DNA of 63,340 bases, counting the filler, from Octopus bimaculoides (lineage: Eukaryota), in NCBI RefSeq assembly GCF_001194135.2. It is 4 parts of 4 records of this genome, joined end to end, with 100 filler letters (N's around TTAATTAATTAA, not from the genome) between each part and the next. Parts side by side here need not be neighbours in the genome. Positions count along the whole stretch, not along the records: positions 33,780 to 59,725 come from NC_068981.1; 3 more parts are not named here. One strand, written 5' to 3'. Both the position numbers and the translations under genes were made by a program. The notes beneath the pieces are model-generated. The model ran no database searches and was not told where the DNA came from. It saw only the letters and a list, made by a program, of their open reading frames with translations. This document shows, piece by piece, positions 36,750 to 48,543 of this stretch (its first letter is position 1; each line of letters starts with the position of its first letter).

Positions 36750-39575
36750 ATGATCTGTAATACTAACTTTAGGAAACTTGCCAGTCACCTGTTCACCTAC
36801 CAGTCTGGTGGGCACATGAGTCAGATTGACTACGTTATCGCCATCACCAGGAAATAAGAAAGATGGTTACTTTTAAATGCTAAAACTTTACCAGGTGAAG
36901 AATGCAACCAACATAATAGGTTAGTAGTTACCGACTTCAGGATCAGGGCTAAATTGCTGCCCTGAAGATGGCCAGCATGGAAATGAAGGGTCTGGAAGCT
37001 TAAGGATCCTGTGAATGGACAGAAATTTAGAGACTTATTACTTGAAGCTTTTGATGAAAAAGGGGAGGATATAGCTTCACATGATGTGGAAGACAGTTGG
37101 AGGTTCCTACGGGACAACCTGTTGAGGGCTACTGACTAGATCTGTGGATGGTGCAAAGTCTCTGCTTGGCCTAAGGTAAAGTGGTGGTGGAACAATTGAG
37201 GTGACAGGGCCATTAAGGAAAAGAAACAAGCATGGAAGGACTGGAAGTGTGGTGGTAGCAGGGAAATGTATCAGATTGTCAGAAGGGAAGCTAGGAGACA
37301 GGTTTACTTAGCCAGAGGGGAAGCAGATAAAAAAAAATTTGCCAATATTTTGCATCATGAGGACCAAAGGCTGGAAGCGTTTCATGTTGCAAGACAGTGC
37401 GTAAGAGAGAATCATGATGTCATAGGAGAGAAATGTGTCTGCATGGATGATGGCTCACTTGCATTTAACAATACTGCAAAGAGAGAGACGTGGAGATGCC
37501 ACTATGAAAGGTTGCTAAATGAAGAGAATGAATGGGAGAAAGAGAGTCTACCATATATTGACCCAACAGTGGGACCAGCTATCTGAATTGACAGTACCTT
37601 GGTAGATAAAGCAATTAAGAGTATAAAGACTGGGAAAATCCCTGGCCCATCAGGAATCACTGCAGAGATGCTTAAAAAAATCTGGCAGGGTAGGCTTTAG
37701 TCTAGTCACCTGTATAGTCAACCAGGTGATACATGAAGGAATCATACCTAATGACTAGTGTAGCAGCACCAAAGTCAACTGCTATAAAGGTGAAGGTGGC
37801 ACATTAGATAGGAATTATTACAGAGGTATCAAATTTTTGGATCAGGTGATGAAAGTCACAGAGAGGGTCATAGCCCAACTAATTAGGAAGTGAGTTAGTT
37901 TAGATGTGATGCAGCTTGGGTTTGTGCCGGGGAGAAGCGCCACTCAAGCTATATTTCTGATAAAACAGCTTCAGGAGAAATTCCTAGCCAAAAATAAACC
38001 TCTATAATTATCTGATGGTCAATGCGGAAACTAGGGTTAGATGAGTGGTTAGTGAGAGCTATACAAGCCATGTACAGGAATGCTATCAGTAAGGTGAGGG
38101 TTAGCAATGAGTACAGTGAAGAATTCCAGGTACAAGTAGGGGATCAGTCCTTATCCCCCTCTTATACATCATAGTCCTCCGGGCAATAACAGAGGCATTC
38201 AAGACAGGCTGCCTCCGGGAGCTCTTCTATGCTGATGACCTTGCTCTAATAGCTGAGTCTTTATCAGAACTAAAGGAGAAGTTTTGGGTGTGGAAGCAAG
38301 GATTAGAATCGAAGGGCCTTAGAGTCAATCTAGCAAAACCAAAGTCTAAGTAAGTAGGAAGGCAGACAAACCAGAAATCCCTTCAGGTAGATGGCCCTGC
38401 TTGATCTGTAGAAAAGGCATAGGTAGAAACACCATAAGATGTACCCAGTGTAAGCGATGGACACATAAGAGGTGCAGCAATATCAAAGGAAGGTTAACTG
38501 GGAAGATAGTTTTTGTGTGTGGCAGATGCACAGGGGAAATAAACACCAAAGATGTACAGAAAACAGATTCCATCACTTGCCAGGGGGAGAAACTAGAAGT
38601 AGTTGATAGCTTCTGTTACCTAGGTGACCAAGTCAGTAGCTGGGGTGAATGCTCTGAGAGCATAGCTGCTAGAATAAGAATAGCCTTGGTAAAGTTCAGA
38701 GAGCTCCTACCTCTGGCTGATAACAAAAGGCCTCTTGCTCAGAGTGAAAAGTAGACTGTATGATGCATGCATGTGAACAGCCATGCTACACAGCAGTGAA
38801 ACATGGGCTGTGACTGCTGAGGACATGTGTAGGCTTGAAAGAAATTAAGCTAGTATACTCCGCTGGATATGTAATGTCAGTGTGCATACATATCAGAGTG
38901 TAAGCACCCTGAGAGAAAAGTTGGACATAAGAAGCATCAGATGTGGTATGCAAGAGAGATGACTGTGATGGTATGGTCATGTGTTATGTATGGATGAGGA
39001 CAGCTGTGTGAAGAAGTGCCACACCCTAACAGAGAAGGGAACCAGTGGTAGAGGTAGGCCCAGGAAGACTTGGGAGGAGGTGGTGGAGCACAACCTGTGA
39101 ATGTTGGGCCTCTCAGAGGCAATGCTAAGTAACCGAGACCTTTGGGGATATACTGTGCTTGAGAAGACCTGGCAAGCGTGATGAGACCATAGCCATGGCC
39201 TAGGCCAGTGTCACATAACTGGCCCATTTAAGAGTACCCTTCGATCATTGGACAATATGCTGTGCTTGAGAAGATCTGTTGAGTCAAGTGAAATTGTTGT
39301 TATGACCATTGCCAGTGCTGCCTGAATGGCACCCGTGCCAGTGACACATAAAAAACACCATTCGAATGTGGTCAGTGCAAGTGCTGCCTGACTGGCTACC
39401 ATGCCCGTGGCATGAAAAAAGCACAGACTACACTTTTGGAGTGGTTGGCATTAGGCAGGGCATCCAGCTGTAGAACCTTGCTAAATATCAGATTGGAGCC
39501 TGGTGCAGCCTTCTGGCTTGCCAATCCACAGTCATGCCAGCATGGAAAGCAGACGTTAAATGATGATGATGATAT
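36750..39575 (+). mobile_element. RTE-clade LINE, 5'-truncated and degenerate (APE end, RT with PHD insert, 3' UTR)
   Basis: TYQSGGHMSQIDY (APE end), YRGIKFLDQVMKV, YADD (38228-39), FCYLG, GRGRPRKTWEEVV and an (ATG)n tail. Many stops and frameshifts, plus a deletion of about 50 nt removing the FVDMEKAFDRV motif. Confidence 0.95.
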
Positions 39576-39582
39576 ATATATG

Positions 39583-39625
<43 letters not shown>

Positions 39626-39644
39626 TATTTATATCCTTATGTGT

Positions 39645-39832
39645 GTGCCCCCACCACCCATCACTACCACTTGACAACTGATGTTGTTTTGTCAACATTT
39701 CCATAACTTAGTGGTTCAGCAAAATTGATTGATAAAATTAGTACTAGATTTAATGGGGCCAATTTGTTCAACTAAAAACCCTTGAAGATGGTGCTCCAGC
39801 ATAACCGCAATCTAATGACAAAAACAAGTAAA
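39645..39832 (+). mobile_element. SINE family A, 3' part
   Basis: cttgacaactgatg...gatggtgctccagcataaccgcaatctaatgacaaaaacaagtaaaa. Confidence 0.75.
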
Positions 39833-39914
39833 ATATATACATATAAATATATATATAAATAAATATATATAAATATATATATACTGCATATGTATATGTA
39901 TATAAATATATATA

Positions 39915-41977
39915 TACTGTATCCGAATTGACAGTACCTTGGTAGATAAAGCAATTAAGAGAATGAAAACAGGGAAAGCCCCTGGCTCATCAGGAATCAC
40001 TGCAGAGATGCTCAAAATATCTGGCAGTGTCGGCTATAGCCTAGTCACCCGTATTATTAACCAGGTAATACACGAAGGAGTATACCCAATGACTGGTGTA
40101 GCAGCACCATAATCAACTGCTACAAGGGTAAAGGTGAACCTTTAGATACAAATAATTACAGAGGTATCAAGCTGTTGGATCAAGTAATGAAAGTTGTGGA
40201 GAGGGTCATAGCTCAACTAATTAGGGAGAGAGTCAGTTGAGATGAGATGCAGTTTGAGTTTGTGCCAGGGTAAAGTACTACTGATGCTATATTTCTGGTA
40301 AGACAGCTGCAGGAGAAATACCTAGCCAAAGATAAACCTCTGTACCTGGCTTTCGTTGACATGGAGAAAGCCTTTGACAGGGTCCCCCAATCCCTTATTT
40401 GGTGGTCAATGAGGAAACTAGGGATACAAGAATGGTTAGTGAGAGCTGTGCAAGCCATGTACAGGGATGCTGTCAGTAAGGTGAGGGTTGGCAATGAGTA
40501 CAGTAATGAATTCTGGGTAGAGTTAGGGGTCCACCAAGGTCCAGTCCTCAGCCCCCTCCTATTTATCATAGTCCTCGAGGCAATAACAGAGGAATTCAAG
40601 ACAGGATACCCCTAGGAGCTCCTCTATGCTGATGACCTTGCGCTAATTGCTGAGTCACTATCAGAACTAGAGGAGAAGTTTCAGGTGTGGAAGCAAGAAC
40701 TAGAATCGAAGGGCCTTAGAGTCAACCTAGCTAAAACCAAAGTCCTAATAAGTAGGAAGGTAGACAAACCACAAAACCCTTCAGGTAGGTGGCCCTACTA
40801 GATCTGTAGAAAAGGCGTAGGTAGGTGTAAGCTATGGACACATAAGAGGTGCAGCAATATCAAAGGAAGACTAACTAGGAAGTTAGTTTTTGTTTGTGGC
40901 AGATGTTCAGGAGCAATAAACACTGAAAATGTGCAGAAAACAACTTCTGCCACATTCCATGGAGAAAAACTAGACGTAGTTGATAGCTTCCGTTATCTAG
41001 TTGACCAAGTTAGTAGTGGGGGAGGGTGCACTGAAAGTGTAGCTGCTAGAACAAGAATAGCCTGGGCAAAGTTCAGAGAGCTCTTACCTCTGCTGGTGAC
41101 AAAGGGCTTCTCACTTAGAGTAAAAGGCAGACTGTATGACGCATGTGTACAAACAGCCATGATACATGGCAGTGAAACATGGGCCGTGACTGCTGAGGAC
41201 ATGCATAAGTTTGCAAGGAATGATGCCAGTGTGCTCCGATGGATGTGTAATGTCAGTGTGCATACTCGACAGAGTGTAAGTACCTTGAGAGAAAAGTTGA
41301 ATCTAAGAAGCATCAGTTGTGGTGTGCAAGAGAGACGATTGCGCTGGTATGGTCATGTGGCGAGAATGGACGAGGATAGCTGTGTGAAAAAGTGCCACAC
41401 CCTAGCGGTTGAGGGAACCTGTTGGAAGAGGTAGGTCCAGGAAGACCTGGGATGAGGTGGTGAGACAAGACCTTCGAACATTGGGCCTCACCGAGGCAAT
41501 GACTTCTGACCGAGACCTTTGGAAATATGCTGTGCATGAGAAGACCTGGCAAGCCAAGTGAGACTATAATCCAAGGCCTCTGCTAGGGGTGTAGCCAGCC
41601 CACTTATGCGTACCATTCCTTCATTGGATACTAAACTCTGCTTGCAAAGACCTGTTGAGGCAAGTGAAATCGAAATCGAACCAAATTCGATGACTGGTAC
41701 CCATGCTAACCTCTCCCTCATTGGACACTAAACTCGGCTTGTGAAGACTTGTTGGGGCAAGTGAAAGTGAAATCGTGAGGGCACCTGTACCAGTGGAGCA
41801 GCTGTCTGGCTTCCATGCCAGTGGCACGTAAATAGCACCATTTGAGCGTGATCGTTACCAGCGTCACCTTACTGGCACTTGTGCTGGTGGCACCTGAAAA
41901 GACATTCGAGTGAGGTCATTAGCCAGTGCTGCTGGACTGACTCCTATGCAGGTGGCACATAAAATACACCATTTTGA

Positions 41978-41978
<1 letters not shown>
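39915..41978 (+). mobile_element. RTE-clade LINE, second 5'-truncated copy (3' end in microsatellite/gap)
   Basis: AFVDMEKAFDRVP, GVHQGPVLSPLLF, YADD, FRYL, RRLRWYGHVARM; collinear with copy 1 from about 37585 onward. Confidence 0.95.
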
Positions 41979-42017
<39 letters not shown>

Positions 42018-42027
42018 NNNNNNNNNN

Positions 42028-42068
<41 letters not shown>

Positions 42069-45000
42069 CATCCAATACAAAATATGCAAAGCAATGTACA
42101 TATATACTGCTTTACATCGCATTATATATATTAGAATATATTATATCAGGGTTTCTTTCGTCAGTCATGTCGAGGTATTTGATCTTAGTTTGTTACTCTG
42201 GTACATAATCCATGCATAGAAGTTTGCATTACATTTTGCTATTAATATAACTTCCTTAAAACATCACTTTTTTTTTACAAATCCACTGCTTTATATTCTG
42301 AAAATATATTATCAAGCCAGGTAGCAAGTGACCTCTCTATATGAACTCTTGATTTACTAGAAATAACCACTAAATTTTCCTAAAACCATAGAAAGACAGA
42401 ATGGACTAAACAGAACAGGATTAGTCACATGGGATGGAGAGTCCCTGAAGAGTTCACAGGATGTGTGATGAAAAATTTTCAGACAAAGGACAATAAAATA
42501 AGAACAATAATAAACCTGAAGTGAAGAACAAATATATGGTGTGTGTGTTGTTTGTTTAGCAAAAAAACAAAAAACAAAAGACCATCCTCAAATATAACAA
42601 TATCTGTTTCAACACGCCATTTCACATCAAGAATCTTGCAAAACAAATACATAAACATAATTTCCTAAAACTGTATCGTAAAAAGTGAAGGATATATTAC
42701 TTAATGTAGCCCTAGATACATTGTTGGAGCAGTAGACAGGATGGTCAATGCTGGAATGTGTTGATCATAAGCCTGCTTCATCAAAGCTGATATGGGGGCT
42801 AAACAATAACGATATGTAGTTTTCAAATATTGGTAAGTCTATACCCATCTGTTGTCTGCTATGCAATTACTATATTTCTTGCAAAATATTTCTTGCACAT
42901 ACACATTGGTTGCAAACACCATCAAAGAATAGCAGCTCCTTTATATTTGTGTAATTTGTAATCCAAAAGCCAGGCAATAATTGAGCTGCCAATAAATAAA
43001 TAAATAAATTCTCTTCTTAAAGATTACCTTGCATTTCAAAGGAAATGATCAAGTCTGTTGTCATAAAGTTCACTTTGTTGATCCTTGCCTTAAACAGATC
43101 CAACTCAGCATGCAATTGATATGGAAACCGTATTAAGAAACTGTGAGTGAAGCAACCAAGCAGTTGTTAAGATCCCTACAAACTGGATGATAAAATATTC
43201 CTTTCTACTTCAATTGAGAGATCAAAAGACTTAATGGCTCCAACATTGACATTATTTTTTCTATTTTCATGAGAGTAATTAACATATATTTGAAAAAAAA
43301 TCTCATTAAGCATACAGAACACATATATCTTCTTTTTCAATGAATAATCTATAAAAAATAACTACAAAAAACAACAGGAAACAACAACCAAGACATTGAA
43401 TTTGTTGTTGTGTTTGCTGGTGTTACTACACTGCTGCTGATATTGATGCTAAAGATGACTCTATTACCAATTAATTCTGAATAATTTGTTTTTGAAAATC
43501 TAGTGGCTCAGCAGAAGATATATTTCATTCATTGTCAAGTCTCTTACTGCTTTATCAATTTCTTTTTCCTTTCTATAAACTTTTTGGCTTTTCTTCTCTT
43601 CATTTGTTTCTTTTCTTTTTCGCTTCTTACTTTATATATTATTTTGTCTTCATTTTACTTAAAGAAAGAATAAGAAAAGTAGTCATGTATGGAGATGAAG
43701 TGAAATGATGTTGAATGTGACAAGAATAATGAGATTTCATTCATAGCGAAAGATTTGTTGACATCTCCATTCCTCTTCTCTGATCTAGCTACTGTCTATG
43801 ATGTTATTGCATTCAGTGATGAATCAAGGTTTTAGTGGGAGATAAAATTACTCCTAGCAACTCTGATAGCTTTCACCTAATAACAACTGATGTTTAATAT
43901 CTTATTGATGGACACGAAACAGTGGCGCATATAAATTTTAGAGAAGTAATTTTATAACATAGTCTCTCTCTCTCTATCTATCTATATATATTTGCGTATG
44001 TATATACATAAACATATATATGTATTCGTACATATATACATACATACATACATACATACATACACACATACATACATACATACATACATACATACAAATC
44101 TACACAAAATTCTAGAAATACTAGGTTTTTCAAAGAAAGAGTAAAAGAAACTGCTGTAGATTCTCAAAATCCAATCTATTAGTAGCACAGAGAAGGTTTG
44201 TAAGACATGCCAACAATTCCCCATCTAAGATTCTTTAGGTGAATAGATGCACACATTTCGATGTGTGCACTGACATCTCCACCAACACAATAACTCAACC
44301 ACATGTTTACAAACACTTGGACCTCTCTTGACTCAAAGAGCCTTGTTTCTTTGTTAGCACCTGGCTTGAACTCTCTTAAGAACTTAAACAAAGCTCAAAG
44401 AAAAATACATACATATAATAATCATTGTTTTACATATGATTTCCCATACTGGCAAAGGTTGGACAAAACTTCTTGATGCAGTATTCTATGGCTGCATACC
44501 GTTTTTCAAGCCAACCCTTATTTGTTTCAAGGAAGACACATTATTCCGCTGGTTCTCATGCATTGAATTATAAGATATTTTGTTTATGTGAGACAGAGAC
44601 AAGCTGTATCAATGCAGTGCTTTGCCCAGGGGCCTGTAATACTGCTTAGATGGCCCTGTACACATATACTCACATACACGTGTATGTGTGTGCATGTATG
44701 TGAGGGGGGTATCTATGTACATATATGTATGTGTGTGTGTGTGTGTGTGTATATATATTAAGACATAAATACATTACAGTATTATTCCTGATACTCTAGN
44801 NNNNNNNNNNNNNNNNNNNNNNNNNNNNNNNNNNNNNNNNNNNNNNNNNNNNNNNNNNNNNNNNNNNNNNNNNNNNNNNNNNNNNNNNNNNNNNNNNNNN
44901 NNNNNNNNNNNNNNNNNNNNNNNNNNNNNNNNNNNNNNNNNNNNNNNNNNNNNNNNNNNNNNNNNNNNNNNNNNNNNNNNNNNNNNNNNNNNNNNNNNNN

Positions 45001-45490
45001 NNNNNNNNNNNNNNNNNNNNNNNNNNNNNNNNNNNNNNNNNNNNNNNNNNNNNNNNNNNNNNNNNNNNNNNNNNNNNNNNNNNNNNNNNNNNNNNNNNNN
45101 NNNNNNNNNNNNNNNNNNNNNNNNNNNNNNNNNNNNNNNNNNNNNNNNNNNNNNNNNNNNNNNNNNNNNNNNNNNNNNNNNNNNNNNNNNNNNNNNNNNN
45201 NNNNNNNNNNNNNNNNNNNNNNNNNNNNNNNNNNNNNNNNNNNNNNNNNNNNNNNNNNNNNNNNNNNNNNNNNNNNNNNNNNNNNNNNNNNNNNNNNNNN
45301 NNNNNNNNNNNNNNNNNNNNNNNNNNNNNNNNNNNNNNNNNNNNNNNNNNNNNNNNNNNNNNNNNNNNNNNNNNNNNNNNNNNNNNNNNNNNNNNNNNNN
45401 NNNNNNNNNNNNNNNNNNNNNNNNNNNNNNNNNNNNNNNNNNNNNNNNNNNNNNNNNNNNNNNNNNNNNNNNNNNNNNNNNNNNNNNNNN

Positions 45491-45528
<38 letters not shown>

Positions 45529-45639
45529 ATGTATATATATATGTATATGTATGTATATATATAGTCGAAATTAACAGAAAAACAAAAGATGAAGTCAGGT
45601 CTATAAATAACAAGCAGGTGTATTAGTTATATATATGTG

Positions 45640-45680
<41 letters not shown>

Positions 45681-45816
45681 GTATTTAAATATCTACCAAA
45701 TATTTTGGGAAAATAAGTATTGTAACTGTTACCAAAGTAGCAAAATTCTCACTTGAAAAGTTGTTTATACTTTGTTTAAATATAATGACTTTCGTATAGG
45801 TGATACAATTTTGGGT

Positions 45817-46206
45817 GTATAAAAAAGTTATAATCAGGTTGTTACATGAAAATATTGAAACTGCTTGCAATATCGGTTTTAAAAAAACCGTTATATAGTA
45901 AAGTAACTAATTTAGTTACTAATTTAGGCTAGATTTACCTCTCTTTGACCATTAATTTGTATTTGTATTTCTGTTAAGATCTATAATAGATAATTTTTCT
46001 TTTTTCTTTTAATTTTATTTACTTTGTTTTCAAACCTCTAACAGTTTCTATTTGATGAAACAGCGTTGTATGCATGTCGTTACTTAATATCCTAGGTTAA
46101 CAATTCTACTTAGTTACTCTACTATATAACGGTTTTCTTAACCAATATTGCAAGCAGTTTCAATATGTTCATGTCGTAGCAACCTGATTATAACTTTTTT
46201 ATATAC
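45817..46206. repeat. Fold-back with about 95-bp imperfect arms and a spacer of about 200 nt
   Basis: tataaaaaagttataatcaggttg...aaccgttatatagtaaagtaactaa is mirrored at 46110-46206. Confidence 0.85.
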
Positions 46207-46260
46207 ATGTAATTTAAGTACAAGTAATAATGTTCTGTTGTCTGTTGTGAATTAATGTAA

Positions 46261-46346
46261 CTTGGCCCTGAAGAGATGGAAGGCCCTAATTTCTTATCTC
46301 AGACAAGAGTGAGTCGGGATCTTGCATCGAAATGCGCATAGGATAA
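46261..46346 (+). ncRNA. Minimal type I hammerhead ribozyme-like motif
   Basis: CTGAAGA (46268-74), stem II GATGGAAGG/TCTTGCATC, GAAA (46329-32), palindromic stem III ATGCGCAT, AUA triplet, stem I ttggcc/ggataa (4 WC, 1 GU, 1 mismatch). Confidence 0.62.
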
Positions 46347-46609
46347 TAAACAAGATTTATTAATATATAGGACTGCGTCATGGCTCTTATTTCAATTGAT
46401 ATATATATTTATATATATATATTGACAGGAAGTTTTTATATGCATAATACCATGAATATACACTGAAAGAAAGTCTATTGGGAGATATTTACAATAATTT
46501 TACATCTTCAAAAATTTGGAGCTGATTGGCTTTGTGTTGCACAAGTGTCTTAGGTGTGACTAAAGTCTTATGAGTGGATTTTGGTTGGTAGAAACTGAAA
46601 GAAGTATGT

Positions 46610-46659
<50 letters not shown>

Positions 46660-46702
46660 TACACACATACATACATATCGTCGTCATCGTCGTATATATA
46701 TA

Positions 46703-46891
46703 TAAATTTAGTAAATGGAGTAAAACGCATATGTTAACTAAATTCTTTTATTTCCAACATATGTTTCGAAGATTACATCCTTATCAGCATCACCTATTCC
46801 TATGGAAGGTATAATTTGTAATCTTCGAAACATATGTTGGAAATAAAAGAATTCAGTTAACATATGCGTTTTACTCCATTTATTAAATTTA
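46703..46891. repeat. Fold-back with 75-bp arms (73/75 complementary) and a 39-nt spacer
   Basis: 46703-46777 is the reverse complement of 46817-46891 with two mismatches. Confidence 0.95.
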
Positions 46892-47662
46892 CATATTTAC
46901 TCAAGTACCCAAAATAACAAGGAGTTTCTACCTCAGAAACAGGAGTTACACCACAGTCATTTTGTGATCTTTGCTACCCTGGTATCTATTAACCAATTTA
47001 TTTTGTCCGAGTTAATTATTAACTAAGAGAAAATAAATACATATAATATTACATATATATATATATATGGCTGTACGTGTCTGTGCTGTGTGTGTGTATA
47101 TATTAAAACCGTTNNNNNNNNNNTATGTAACGGTTTTAAGATTGAACGATGAAGATCATTTTTTATAAGAATATATTTATTTTTGCCGTTACATTCTATG
47201 TTGCCATACCACGACGGGTAGGCCAGTGTAATAGTATATAAAACATGCAAGGTTAAGGATTTAGGCCTGTATCTGTATGTACATTTTTTCTAGTAATAAT
47301 TGTATAGAGAGAGAGACGGTAGGGTCATAGAGAAAAGGAATTGCTAGCTCGTATGCCTGCTTGTGTCCATGGCTTCAGATGTCCAGTTGCCGCCGACCAG
47401 CGACCAAGCTGTCGAGGCGTCACTGCTGGTGACTAAAGGGAAAAGAGGAAGTCTGCTTGGAGGTCTCCTGTTTTTATAGCCATGAAGCCGGGCAGTGAGT
47501 GCAAAGGATTTAGCTTGTTTACCTCAATTCTAGATGGAGTAGAAGAGGTCAGAAAAGGGTCAAGTGGTGGAGACCGCTTCAGCCTAGCTATTCAAATATA
47601 GGTATAGTGGATCGAATCCACTTTACGCCTTCTAGATTCCTATATATATATGCATACATATA

Positions 47663-48543
47663 CAGAGTGTGATGGGTAAATTGTCACCATTTTATATCTT
47701 TAATTTCGTGCATGTCCATTGTTTGTTTTTGATTTTGTCAACTACACAGTATAGTAGGGTCAGTTGGGCACCATCTGAAAAAAAAAACAACACCATGACG
47801 CAATTCACTCTACCAAAAATTTGGAAACAACATACTGTACTGCTTGGTATTTGTGCTGGAAACTCCAATACAAACATTTCAGAGTGCTTGGGTGTCAATC
47901 TGAAGACAGTGCAATCTGAGGACATGTACCGAGTGTGATCAAAATCAAATATCCAGTCAACATTACAGTGTTTGGAGTGATCACTAGTGGTGGTGATGTT
48001 ATACCTCCATTCATCTTTCCACACTGTCTCACATTCAATACGGAGGCCTACATCAAGTGCCTGGGTAGGTAGTGCTACCCTGGGTCAAGAGGGCAGCTGC
48101 TGGAAGATCCTACATCTAGTAACAGGACTCTACACCATGCCACACAAGTAGGAGAACCCAGTCATGGCTGTCAGGCAATTTCTGCAACCACATCACTCCT
48201 AACATCTAGCCACCTAACTCCCCAGACTGCAATCCCCTTGATTATCATGTGTGGGGTGCAGTTATGTAAGAGACCAACAAAACTCGTTGTAACACCAAAG
48301 ATGAACTGAAGGTAAGAATTATGGCAGCGACTTAAACATGGAGACTGTTGAGAAGAGTTGCAGGAGATTCTGAAGTCATCTGGAGGCTGTGGTTGACACC
48401 AATGGCGATTCTATTGAATATATTTACTCTTTAGTATTTTAAGATATTTTTATGTAATTTTGGTAAATATATCTGTTAAAATGAGATGTCAGTGCTATTT
48501 TCCTTTTGTGTAATTTAGATGACAATATATTCACCGTACCCTA
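47663..48543 (+). mobile_element. Internally deleted DD37D (maT/mori-type) Tc1/mariner element
   Basis: TA-flanked degenerate TIRs (cagagtgtgatgggtaaattgtca versus rc tagggtacggtgaatatattgtca). The HTH start MTQFTLPKIWKQHTVLLG is fused to a catalytic region QDSTPCH...*PPNSPDCNPLDY with 37 residues between the Asp residues; in-frame stops present. Confidence 0.88.

Noticed and set aside
42445-42485. CTGAAGA...GAAA hammerhead-like arrangement
   Set aside because: Stem II opens with G-U and a bulge, stem III is not an even palindrome, and the first stem I pair is a C-A mismatch; compatible with chance.
44248-44269. 9-bp stem with a UUCG loop
   Set aside because: The stem is mostly CA/TG dinucleotide repeat and lacks the C-G closing pair; expected by chance here.
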